From Phyllobates terribilis (lineage: Eukaryota): DNA of 64,000 bases. Below are positions 46,338 to 58,969 of the stretch, in pieces (the first letter of the stretch is position 1; the number at the start of each line of letters is the position of its first letter). The stretch lies in NCBI RefSeq assembly GCF_046119375.1, contig NW_027362767.1, positions 146,692,001 to 146,756,000 of the forward strand, written 5' to 3'. A model generated the notes under the pieces. It had not been told where the DNA came from and did not search any database. It worked only from the letters and a program-made list of their open reading frames with translations. Position numbers and translations under genes: made by a program.

Positions 46338-47414
46338 AAGATTTAACTTCCCACCAGAGGGGGAAACCAACTTCATCTAGCCCAGTTGATGGTCTAATCT
46401 GGCAAGAACTCTAGTTCTCGATACTCAAACCGCCGCAGACACAATGCCTTCAGCGCTGATTGATGACACCAGCGCAGTAGTTCAATACAGCCAATAATGA
46501 AGTTGACAACGCTGGTGTGGTCACTAAAGACAAGGGTGGAGGGTGAGGTTAGTGACAATAACCATAGCACTTGCCTGGCTGTGCCCCGACAACTTGGGCA
46601 CAAGCTGGCACAGTTACTAGTTTTAGGGGAAAAATCTACTGACACACTTTAAAGATTTCCGCCTACTGACATACTCCCTTTAAATTGTGTTTCTATGTGG
46701 AGCGACACTTTAAAACTGTGACGTGGTTTATACCGTAAATATAACCGCGCTGACATTCTGTGCCCGGTAACCACACATCCTCCGTTTGCTCCATCCCCTT
46801 CTGAAATGTCACTTACATGACTTTAGCCTAAGCTCCAGGAAGGCTTGATATATTGAGCTTGCGAGCTTCCCCTACATCTGTTTCAATCTTTTTTTAGACC
46901 CCCTTAGTCTCTCCCCCTTCCCTCTCTCTCTCACACACACACCCTATACTGTACTGCTTCCATCCTGCAAGTAACATATGCACAGAGCCTGCAGCGCTGA
47001 GGGGGCCAAACACAGTTGTTCAAGCAACGAGCAGGTGCCAATGTCCACTGATTTATCTCCCCTCTGGTGTCTCCGGAGCCCGACTGACACAAGCTGCACC
47101 CACCCTAAAAGAAAAAAAAAAATAGGTGGTCCTAAATGAGGGCAGAGAAGTGCAGTGGGATCATTGGATATCATTCTGCCACTAAAGTATTGGGGTACAA
47201 CGTTAGGGTGGCTGACGAGATGCCGATTTGATCCATTGCAGTCTCTGCCACCTGCAGCAGTGCGGCTACATGAGTCAAGGGCAAAGCAAGAGTCATGGGC
47301 AAGTGAAGCTTACGGGCCGAGAGCGCTGCGCCAGGTAAGTGACCTCCGCATGTCTGCAAAGACAACATCAAACATTGGTCTTTTTTTTATTTTTATTTTA
47401 GATTCTTTGTTTTT

Positions 47415-47629
47415 NNNNNNNNNNNNNNNNNNNNNNNNNNNNNNNNNNNNNNNNNNNNNNNNNNNNNNNNNNNNNNNNNNNNNNNNNNNNNNNNNNNNNN
47501 NNNNNNNNNNNNNNNNNNNNNNNNNNNNNNNNNNNNNNNNNNNNNNNNNNNNNNNNNNNNNNNNNNNNNNNNNNNNNNNNNNNNNNNNNNNNNNNNNNNN
47601 NNNNNNNNNNNNNNNNNNNNNNNNNNNNN
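47415..47629. other. Assembly gap (215 N)
   Basis: Run of N with AT-rich flanks. Confidence 1.
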
Positions 47630-49639
47630 ATATACTACATACATTAGCGTTAGTTTTTTTTTCCACACATTAAAGAAATAAAATTATATATCTATTAAAA
47701 AAAAAATATATATATATATACATAATGTCTTAAATTATTTTAATAAATAGTATATAATTTTACTATATTTCCACCATGTTCTGTTTTGCATTTAGCTATA
47801 AATTGTATACATCTGACTTTATATTGCATTAAAAAAAATCCCTAAACAAAATTTATTCTGACCAGATTTACATTTTAAAAAAATATATTTTTTTTCATTA
47901 AATTTGAAATATTATTTTGATCTTGTATAGCAGACAACTAAAGCTTTTAGTACAAACACCTATTTTTTTTTTTTTACCTCCTGGAATTTACATATAGAAA
48001 AAAAAAATCAGGTCATTTGTGATGTACATTTTTTTTTTTTTTTAATTGAAATTTAATAGTAATTGTAAAATTTTGTTTTTGCTACTGTGGGCTCTGTTGG
48101 ATATTGCACTTTAATTTTAGGGACTATTATATGGAAAAAAAAAAATAAAAAAATGTAAAATTGCATTTATCCAGCTGGGATCTGTAGTTCTGCTGCAGGT
48201 TAGTTCTCGAGTTTTGCTGTGAATTTGTTATCCTTGACATATGGAAATGCCCGGCAGCTCGAATGTCACACAGGGTGGTGCGGTCTACCCCAGCTGCCCA
48301 TCAAACCGCAGTCGGCCAAGCTGTGAATTTTCCCTCACACCAGACACTTTGTTCTTCTCCCTATTTGTACGAAAGCTGGGAAGCAACAAGAAAACAGCTG
48401 GGACCACGAGGGGCACCTTCAACCCCCAAAGGGCACCCCCCCCAGTTAGAACAAAAAATGGCTTAATATTTTTTTTTATCCGTTTGTAGCGATGCGGCTC
48501 CATTTACAAATCTGCCTTCTCAACCGATTCAGAATTGAGAAAGGGAATTTGAGGGTGATTGGGGTAAATGCCCGTCGGGTCTTCAAGTCTGATATCCATG
48601 ACCGTGTGCGTTTATAATTATTTTGTAGAGGAATCGTAGCGTCTGGCCGTTCAGGGTGACCTGGCAGCTGCGTGGTAACATTGCAGGAATTTGTTTTTGA
48701 CAGTTTGGTCTTTGGGCCGGCGGGGGCTACTGATTACAGTAGTCATTACGAGAGGGGTGACACATGGATCACACTGAACTGCAAAACAATATGGCACTTA
48801 GTTGTAAGGAAGATGGCAAATCTGCAGCCACCTGGCGTCGTTAAATTCCAGTAGACTGGAGGCCATGGGGCAACCATTTTGCTGGACTGGTTAATTTTTG
48901 ACAGTATAAAACGTGAAGGGTGAAATCTGCGGTAAATTTAAATTCTGCGTGATTTGATGTGGATGGTGAGAGTTACAGGGGGTACAAGCCAGGCCCACAG
49001 CGGTGTGATAAGAGGATGCCGGACATTGCTAGACTTATCTGGGCAAATCAATGGGTAAGCAGCACAGAGAATTTCAGGAATGGAGCAAGGAGGTAGCGAC
49101 TGGTCTATACATATAATTGCTAATGAAGATAGCATGGTCTGACAGGAGCAGTGAGGAAAATAAAGGCAAGAGAGGTCAAAGTCCATGGAAAAAGTATTAC
49201 AACAGCACAGAGTATTTCAGTAGCGCGCAATGAGCTGGTGAAGGGGCTGTGATCTGTTCACTCCCGGGGATAAGGCATTGTGGACAGATGAGGACGTGAA
49301 TGAATTAAGTGGGAGGTTACGTACAGATATGGAGAGGAGCAGGGTCTCTCGGCAGCACAGAGAAGGTCAGCAGTGGGGAGTAAAAACCGTGCTGCTACTG
49401 GGAAGGGCAATGTGCGTGGGATGGAAATCACAGGATGAAGATGTTACTGATCTGTAAATGACGGGAAAATGGAAACAACATTTTCAAAGCATCTCAATGT
49501 ATTCAGTAGGTAGTCTGAGCCTCGTGCAGAAATCTCTAGTGCAGCCTCGGCTGCTATCACTGAGTCCATCTGAGGAAGGTTCTACTGGCAAACCATCAAG
49601 ATCCACTGCTGGCAGCTCCTGTGTAAGCACCGAACAATG

Positions 49640-50658
49640 ACGTCCCTGATGTGCTCGATGGGAGACAAGTCTGGAGACGCTGAGGCCATAGTAGCAGGTT
49701 TAGGTCATGCAGGTTGCTCACAGAAGCATCATGAACATGTGGCCTGATGTTGTCGTGTTGGAGAAATGGCCGTACCACTCACTTAATGTAGCGCTATGCT
49801 GTTAGTGTGCCTGGCATGAAGACTAGTGGGGTCCGGTTACCATATATTGTACCACCACACATCATAATCCCCAGAGTAGGTCCGGAGTGACGTTCCACTG
49901 TGAAGGTGTTGCCCACTTGGTCTCCAGACCAATTTCCGACTAACATTGCATTAAAGGCAAAGGCAGGACCTATTGCTGAAGAGGACAGACCTCCATTCCA
50001 GTCTCTAATGCTCAATTCTAGCCCTCGGTCTCCATCTGGAGACCACGGGGCAATGCCCGATATGAAGAGGTCTTCAAGAGGGAATATCACACCAGTCATG
50101 CTCTTGGGATTATGGTGTGTGGTGGCATAATGTAAGGCAGCCTGACCCCTATAGTCTTCATTCCAGGTGCACCAGCAGCTCGGTGTTACATTGATTTGAT
50201 GATGGAACCAGTGGTGCAGCCAGTTCTCCAGTGTCTCAAGAGCCATTTTTCAACATGACAACGCCGGGCTGCATGTTGCTCACGCTACTTTGAGTATCCT
50301 GTATGGTCTACACGTTCTACTATAGCCTGCAGCATATCTAGACTTGTCTCCCATCAAGCACATCTGAGACATTTTTGGTCGGTGATTACACAGAAGCTGC
50401 CAGTAGAGGATCTTGATGATTTGCCTTAGTATATTCAGTGTAGCCAGAACCTTCCTTAGATAACTATTAATAACCTCAGTGATAGCTGCCGAGCCTGGAA
50501 GTGTGGGGATTTCTGCACGTGGCTCATACTCAATATTGAAGAAATCCAGATGTTTTTAAAATTTTGTTCCCATTTCTTCTTCATCTCTAACATGTCTCCA
50601 TCCTTCATAATTTCATGAGTTTTCCTTCTTGGTGTTACAATTTCAATGTTGAGGAGTG
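49640..50658. mobile_element. Two diverged, oppositely oriented fragments of an old Tc1-like transposase
   Basis: Minus strand ~49640-50010 (VERHSGPTLGIMMCGG..TPLVFMPGTLTA, LQHDNIRPH) and plus strand ~50070-50520; TIR-like end ..TTTCAATGTTGAGGAGTG|TA at 50658. Confidence 0.65.
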
Positions 50659-51125
50659 TATATCCGACGTGGTCACCTAGTACAAGAACCAGTTTGAGTC
50701 ACTACCAGTGAAAGGTAAGACAATGACTGACGTGAACGTGTCCAGTTGGTGACTAATCAGCAGACAGTGAGTGCTACACACAGGTGACACCGACACAGTC
50801 ACCATCCAGAATGGGAAAATCCTGCCCCCCCACCTCCGCAGTATAGAGGATAGCAGAGAGGTATCACCAGTCCAGTATAGAACCAGTGTATTCCAGTCAC
50901 TTCTGATCAATGACAATCTCTTCGATCCTACATACGACCTCTTTAGTAAAGCGGGAGAAACCAATAGTGACTGTCCAAAACCAAATAAATTCTCTCTTGA
51001 CTCTCGGTCTTCTCCGCTTTGAACAATCCACTTTTTGTAAGAAGAGACGGATGAAGAGCTGATCACAGGATGCCCAAGGAAGTACATAGTGCCCAATGAA
51101 ATCAATTAATGTATGAAGGTGCTGG

Positions 51126-51247
51126 GTCCCAGACACTGGGCAATCCAGGGTATAAGTGAACTCCATTAGATAGGTAGAATACAGATCTCTGTATTCTAGT
51201 TAAATAATGGTGTTCAGTTATAGCCTGGATTGCCCAGTGTCTGGGAC
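51126..51247. repeat. 122-bp fold-back hairpin
   Basis: Arms 51126-51155 and 51218-51247 match at 29 of 30 positions. The interior is also self-complementary (TAGAATACAGA/TCTGTATTCTA; CCATTA/TAATGG). Confidence 0.85.
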
Positions 51248-52299
51248 GTTTTTGAAGAAGCGTCGGCCCCTAGGATACATCCAAGCTGAGCCCTCGAAAT
51301 CCACAAAGTTGTAATACAGCTCGCCATGTATATACGCAGCTAAATATCACTGCGCCGATTTAATATAGTACTTGGCCTCGGGCGCTCAACCTGTTGAACA
51401 GCTGCGAGCAGCCCTGATACGAGCAGATTAGTGATGCATTTCATAGCTTGTTCCCTAGAGCTCGAGTTGACATATCCAACATGGCCGCTCCCCCTGCTCC
51501 TCGGCACCTGGCCGGAGTTAGTACATGGAGAGCCTTGGCCTACGTTCTACGTGCAGAAATATTACTAGATCACATCAATCATCGGTCAGATGCGCTCCAT
51601 CCCCCGACACCTCGCCGGTCTAATTACATGTGTGCACCATTAACAGGCAACACGTGAGGAACATCATTTCTCGTTTACGGCTCCCACCTGACAGAGCGGA
51701 CTGCAATAAAAGTCCTAGATGATGCAGGCTTGAACTATATGTGTGCTAATCAGGGGCGGACACTGTCAGCTTAGGGCCCCTGTGCAAGAAATGTGTTTGG
51801 GGCCCCCTCCTTTAATGGCAACCAAGCTATAAATATATATATATCTATTACATAGTCTCCTCTCATTATGTATATTGCTGTCCCCTATTAAACAGTGCCC
51901 TCTCTTGTTATGTACAGCACCGTACCTTACATATCAGATTCTCGTCGTTTTTGTTATTTATAGTGCCCTGTTCCTTATTACATATCGTCCTCTTTTGCTA
52001 GCTATAAACTGAAATGACGGCTGATGGAGCATAGGAAAGCTTATTTCTGAAGGCGGAGGATGATGGACTGGTCTTCTGGTCAGATGCTTCTCCATCAGCA
52101 GTCATTTTATTTTATATTTAACAAGATAGGACTCTATGTAATAAAGAGAGGGCAATGTGAATACCAAAAATAATGAGAATATGCTACGTAAGGGACGGTG
52201 CCATATATAACAAGACATGATACTATGTAATAATGGGACAGCACTGTACATAACAGAGGACGCTACATAATAAGGGACTACCCCATACATAAATAGAAT

Positions 52300-54655
52300 C
52301 TAAAAATAAAAAACAAGAAAATCACATTGTATGATTCTTAAATAATTAAATAGCAATTTATTGCATAAAATAAGTATTTGATCACCTAACAACCTGCAAG
52401 AATTCTGCCTCTCACAGACCTGTTAGTTTTTCTTTAAGAAGCCCTCCTACCCTGCACTCATTACCTGTATTAAGTGCACCTGTTTGAACTCGTTACCTGT
52501 ATAAAAGACACCTATCCACATAATCAATCACAGTCAAACCTCTCCACCATGGCCAAGACCAAAGAGCTGTCTAAGGACACCAGGGAGAACATTGTAGACC
52601 TGCTCAAGGCTGGGATGGGCTACAGGACAATAGGCAAGCAGCTTGGTGAGAAGGCAACAACTGATGGCACAATTATTAGAAAATGGAAGAAACACAAGAT
52701 CTGTCAATCTTCCTCGGTCTAGGGGTCCATGTAAGATTTCGCCTCGTGGGGTAAGGATGATTCTGAGAAATGTCAGGAATCAGCCCAGAACTACAAGGGA
52801 GGACCTGGTCAATGACCTGAAGAGAGCTGGGACCACAGTCTCAAACATTATTGTTAGTAACCGACAACACTGTCATGGATAAAAATCCTGGAGGTCACAC
52901 AAGGTCCTCATGCTCACGCCAACACATGTCCAGGCCCGTTTGAATTTCGCCAATGGCCATCTGGATGATCCAGAAGAGGCATGGGAGAAGGTCATGTGGT
53001 CAGATGAGACCAAAATAGAACTTTTTGATATCAACTCCACTCGCGATGTTTGGAGGAAGAAGGATGAGTACAACCCCAAGAACATCGTCCCAACAGTGAA
53101 GCATGTTTAGGGGAAACATTATACTTTGGGGGTGCTTTTCTGCAAAGGGGACAGGATGACTATGTGGCACCCTGCTATTACAGGTACCACATGACCCAAA
53201 AGGGTGCATGGACGGACTTCTCCACAAGAGGCCCTCATTACATAACAGACACCTCCACCCTTCCACCTCATACCACCAGAGGGAGGCCTGTTAGGGATAT
53301 ATATACTGGAGGGTGGAGTTAGGTAGGCAGAGTGTGTGCTGGCACTGAGATCAGTGAAGAAGCAGCATGTGGGCTGCTGTGCTGAGGGACAACCAGGGCC
53401 TAAAGCACGTGCTCAAGCCTTGGGGCCTAGAGTGGGGCCGGAGGCAAGGAGAAGAGTGAGAGGAGTTCTGGGGGCAGAGGAGCATCTTAGGCTCACCCCA
53501 GAACACAAGCCGGACACCGGGTCCACGCCTACCGGGTCCTCTAAGCCCAGTAGGGACAACCGGTATACCAGGAGGATTCTAGACCCCTGGTCAACCTGAA
53601 GCTACAATCATCTAAAGAACTAGGAACCACGAAGGCCCCAGTGTCCAGGGATAGTGGTAGCCAGAAGAAAGTTCTTACCACCAAGCATGCAGGTGAGGAG
53701 AGTGAAAGAGTACAGAAGCTAGGCCTAGTTCCAGGCTGGCCAGAAGCTTTAGAGAGAGGAAGAAACAGATCAGGAGGCCTTATACCTGCTCACTGGGGAG
53801 AGTCCAGAAGTGCACCCTTCCTATCAAGTACCCTGGACCGTACCTGCCGTCTACACCAGTAAAGGTACTGAAGCGAACCGCCTGTGTGCGTGTCTGTTAT
53901 TCTCCCCTGGCCCGGCTGGGCCACCTCTCACCTGCATTCCTTCCATATACCCTGCCCTGGGGGCCCGCTCCGCCTGTGGGGAGCAGAAACATCCCAGCTG
54001 CCATCCCAACACCCCCGGAGGTCTGCAGCAGCGCTGGTACCCATTACCAGGAGCCACAGGTGGCGTCACGAGACAAAACTGTTAACAAAACCCCTTTTAA
54101 AGAGTGACCCCAGGGTACGGGCCCGGGAGCCGACCGCCGTGACATCCCAAGAAGGTAAAGGCCCCGGTACCGAGTCCCCTATATTCCCCCTGGGCGAGTC
54201 AACTACACGATGTTGAAGGGAGGATGGGGTCATGTATCACAAGACTTTGGCCAACAACCTCCTTCCCTCAGTAAGAGCATTGAAGATGAGTCATGGCTGG
54301 ATCTTCCAGCATGACAATGACCCCAAACACACACCCATGGCAACTAAGGGGTGAGGGCAACTAAGGAGTGGCTCCGTAAGAAGCATTTCAAGGTCTTGGA
54401 GTGGCCTAGCCAGTCTCCAGGCCTGACCCCAATAGAAAATCTTTGGAGGGATGCTTCTTATTTCTTATTTCACGCAATAAAATGTAAATTAATTATGTAA
54501 AAAATCATACAACGTGATTTTCTGGATTTTGTTTTTAAGATTCTGTCTCTCACAGGTAAAGTGTACCTACGATAAAAATTACAGAACTCTCCATTCTTTG
54601 TAGGTGGGAAAACTTGGAAAATCAGCAGTGTATCAAATACTTATTTTCCCCACTG
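52300..54655 (+). mobile_element. Degenerate Tc1 element (left TIR truncated), interrupted by a solo LTR
   Basis: [18 protein letters not shown] at 52549, [30 protein letters not shown]; right end ..ATCAAATACTTATTTTCCCCACTG|TA. Confidence 0.88.
53163..54201. mobile_element. Solo LTR (Gypsy-like), 1039 bp
   Basis: TG...CA termini and a 4-bp TSD ACTA (53159-62, 54202-05). Removing it rejoins the Tc1 frame (..[11 protein letters not shown]). No internal gag/pol. Confidence 0.85.
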
Positions 54656-56103
54656 TATATGTGCCCCATCCCAGTATATATTTCCCCCATCCTTGTACAA
54701 TGTGCCGTTTTATAATACATTAAAAATAAACGATACTACTCACCTTCCCCCAACGCTCCCACAATGCGCGGGGTCCTCTTCTATAGCGGGCAGCTGACTT
54801 CGGCGTCCCCGTCATGGTCCATGACGTCACTGCCATGCACCCCCCAACACGGGCACGCCGTCGTCAGCTGCTGGCCTCTGATTGGCCGGCGATGTGTATT
54901 GTAGAGCAGGGAGCCGGCAAGTTCCCTGCGCCGCAATACATTTCTAATGAATGTGTGTTCTTGGACGCACATCCAGCTGAAGTAGTCGCTGGTGGCGGCA
55001 GGCACCCCTTCTCCGACGAGTCCCAGTGTAGCTGCACCGACGATATGTCCACCCCTGGTGCTAATACAGCCTCACAAAATCCCTCCGAATTTACACAAGA
55101 AAATTAATATCTACTATTAAGGCTATGTTCAAACACCATGGGTTTTACAAAGCGGCGAGAGGCGCACTACATTGTGCAAGTTTTTTTATGCATACTTCTA
55201 TGCAAAATTGTAGTGTAGCGGATTGATATTGAAAATGGTAAATGCACAAATTGTGGATTTTATGTGAGTTTAATTTTTTTGAAAATTCTGTGGAAGCAGG
55301 GCGGAAAAGCAATGTCTGACTTTCGTTTGTTCATTTTCATAGATTTTTATTTTATTATTACTTTTGTCAGATTCAAGTTATTTCTGTGACCATTGTGGCT
55401 TTTTCTTTCATTAAACGAGGGGTGCCAACAATTATGACCACGTGTGTACACGCTGTGGTGAAAAAAATCTGCGCTGTGGATTTCAAGGTGCATTCATACC
55501 TGCTGTAGATTTTTCCACAGCAAAATCCGAGAATATTACATTCGAATTTTGCAGACAATTTTGTTGCAAATTTGCCACAAATTTCAACCTGTGTTTCAAT
55601 TACATCATGGACAGGCATTGCCCGCCGCATCAGCTATTTCTACGACTGCCTGCCAGGTGCATGTTTTAATTGGCCCTCTCCGGAGTAGAGTCTAAATTTA
55701 GTGCAGGCTTGGAGCTTTACCAAAATAAACGTAAGCAGGAGGGCAGCGTGCGGGTCTCAGTGGGAACATAGAGACACTTTAAAAAGCAGATCGGGGAACT
55801 GCATTGTGGGTAATACTAGAATATAATACTATGGCTGTTTAATAATATAATAGACTCTAGTAGAGTACTAAGACAGTTGACGACATGAAGGAGGAGTCAC
55901 AAGAAGAAAGCAGGCAAGGGGAGGAGAAAGCAGGGACTATGCATTTCTAAGAATCCAAGATGACTATGAGATCACATGATGGCTCCAGACATGCAAAAAT
56001 GGTTAGCTACATGAAGACCGTGAGGTTAGGGGAATAACCAGAGGGCATTCATGGTGACACGTCAAGATGAGTTGATTCATACCATGCTGTTTTGTCCTAC
56101 ATA

Positions 56104-57773
56104 CAGGTGCATCTCACTAAATTAGAATATCATCAAAAAGTTAATTTATTTCAGTTCTTCAATACAAAAAGTGAAACTCCTATATTATATAGAGTCATTA
56201 CACACAGAGGGATCTATTATATAGAGTCATTACACACAGAGGGATCTATTATATAGAGTCATTACACACAGAGTGATCTATTATGTAGAGTCATTACACA
56301 CAGAGTGATTTATTTCACGTGTTTATTTCTGTTAATGTTGATGATTATGGCTTACAGCCAATGAAAACACAAAAGTCATTATCTCAGTAAATTAGAATAA
56401 TTAACAAAAAACACCTGCAAAGGTTTCCTAAGCGTTTATAAAGGTCCCTTGGTCTGTTTCAGTAGGCTCCACAATCATGGGGAAGACTGCTGACTTGACA
56501 GATGTCCAGAAGGCAGTTATTGACACACTCCACAAGAAGGGTAAGCCACAAAAGGTCATTGCTAAAGAAGCTGGCTGTTTACAGAGTGCTGTATCCAAGC
56601 ATATTAATGGAAAGTTGAGTGGAAGGAAAAAGTGTGGTAGAAAAAGGTGCACAAGCAACTGGGATAAAGTCAACCTTGAAAGGATTGTTAAGAAAAGGCC
56701 ATTCAAAAATTTGGGTGAGATTCACTAGGAGTGGACTGCTGCTGGAGTCACTGCTTCAAGAGCCACCACACACAGACGTATCCAGGACATGGGCTACAAG
56801 TGTCGCATTCCTTGTGTCAAGCCACTCATGACCAATAGACAACGCCAGAAGCGTCTTACCTGGGCCAAGGAGAAAAAGACCTGGACTGTTGCTCAGTGGT
56901 CCAAGGTATTGTTTTCAGATGAAAGTAAATTTTGCATTTCATTTTGAAATCAAGGTCCAGAGTCTGGAGGAAGAGTGGAGAGGCCACAATCCAAGCTGCT
57001 GGAGGTCTAGTGTGAAGTGTCCACAATCAGTGATGGTTTGGGGAGCCATGTCATCTGCTGGTGTAGGTCCACTGTGTTTTATCAAGACCAAAGTCAGAGC
57101 AGCCGTCTACCAGGACATTTTAGAGCACTTCATGCTTCCCTCTGCCGACAAGCTTTTTGGAGATGGAAATGTCATTCTCCAGCAAGACTTGGCACCTGTC
57201 CACACTGCCAAAAGTACCAATACCTGGTTTACACACAACAGTATCACTGTGCTTGATTGGCCAGCAAACTCGCCTGACCTTAACCCCATAGAGAATCTAT
57301 TATAGAGAATCTATGGGGTATTGTCAAGAGGAAGATGAGAGACACCAGACCCAACAATGCAGACGAGCTGAAGGCTGCTATCAAAGCCACCTGGGCTTCC
57401 ATAACACCTCAGCAGTGCCACAGGCTGATCGCCTCCATGCCACATTGCCGCATTGATGCAGTAATTGATGCAAAAGGAGCCCCGACCAAGTATTGAGGGC
57501 ATTTACTGAACATACATTTCAGTAGGACAACATTTTGAATTTTAAAAACATTTTTCAAGCTGTTGTTATAAAGTATTCTAATTTACTGAGATAATGACTT
57601 TTGTGTTTTCATTGGCTGTAAGCCATAATCATCAGCATTAACAGAAATGAACACGTGAAATAGATCACTCTGTGTGTAATGACTCTATATAATATATGAG
57701 CTTCACTTTTTGTATTGAAGAACTGAAATAAATTAACTTTTTGATGATATTCTAATTTATTGAGATGCACCTG
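56104..57773 (+). mobile_element. Full-length Tc1 element, transposase pseudogene
   Basis: TIR CAGGTGCATCTCA with TA on both flanks; MGKTADLTDVQK at 56477 with a premature TAG at 56726; frameshifts; four 32-bp units in the left TIR (56186-56313). Confidence 0.95.
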
Positions 57774-58502
57774 TACCTCTCAGAGCGCATATTTACTCTT
57801 TTTGTACTAAAAAGGATGGAGCGGAGCAGATCATGACCACACGACCTCACGCTCTGGATGACAATGGCCAGAAAAACCTACAGGATGTAGGCTTCACAGG
57901 ACTCTAGATTCCCAACCCCTATCTATGCTCCATTTTTACAGGGTATCCCTCATTTGCTGCCTCCTGATTGTAGAGGGTATTCTAATGATGGAGGATTTCA
58001 GTATTGGGCTTAAGAATGGCAGGTTTTGGCGTGTGCCAATTCTTCCAAAGTACGGCAAGTCTCCCTTTTTTCTACGAGCCTTCCAGACGTTTCAGGAGAA
58101 TTGGCAAGCATGGATTAAATATGTAAAATATTGAGGGTCAGGAGGTCTGACCAAACTTGACCAAAATATTATTCTTGATCCACATTTTCAATTACACTTC
58201 TACATGTGTTAGGAAACCACCAAAGTTACAAAAATGACCCTTAAAACCATGAGCCCTACCTCTTAACAATGCCACGTTTCCCACAGTTGGAACTCATTAA
58301 CCTATCATGGGCTTGTAAATAAAGTCATCAAGAGTCTAAAGGCCCCCATACACTAAAGTCTGACGGGATAGGTCAACAGTCTAATGTGTAGAGGGGCCTC
58401 CCGACTCTCACCCTGAGAGGTGATGACAGGGAAGGCACACTGGAACTCCAAGGGCTGATCCTTTTATCCTCTGGGAGATAAGCCACTATCAGAGGAATCT
58501 GA

Positions 58503-58969
58503 GGCTATGTTCACACATCATGTTTTTTGATGCTTTTTTATGCAAATTTTCAGCTGGGTTTTGATGTACCAGCAAAGTCTATGAGATTCAAGAAATCTCA
58601 TACACACATCATTTTTTTTTTTGTTGAGGATTTTGTGCTTTGCATGTTTTTTTGTAAAATTGAGCATGTCACCTCTTTCAGCGTTTTTTTGCCCATTGGA
58701 AGTAATGGGTGGTGAAAAAAAAACGCTGAAAACGTGACACCTGCATTTTTAGCGCGTTTTTTCAGCGTTTTTTGCGCCTAAACCAGAATGAGATTTTTTT
58801 TTTACTGAACTTTATGTACATGCATAACAGAGCCACAAGGACAGTGAAAAAAATGCACCGCAAAAAAGCAAGATAGCAGCAACAAAATTCCTGAACAACC
58901 TCCTGGCAAGAGATCAGGTTTTGCTGCAGAAAATGAACGCTGAAAAAACCATGATGTGTGGACATAGCC
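58503..58969. mobile_element. MITE, GGCTATGTTCACAC family (Harbinger/Tourist-like)
   Basis: TIR GGCTATGTTCACACATCATG / CATGATGTGTGGACATAGCC with 3-bp TGA on both flanks. A related left end lies at 55121. Confidence 0.85.

Noticed and set aside
47155-47673. ORFs spanning the N gap, and a possible exon ending CCAG|GTAAGT at 47335
   Set aside because: The X-filled ORFs are artefacts. There is a good donor but no recognisable protein or partner exons.
51250-51490. Protein-like minus-strand reading (..YIHGELYYNFVDFEGSAWMYPRG..)
   Set aside because: Interrupted by stops and I do not recognise a family.
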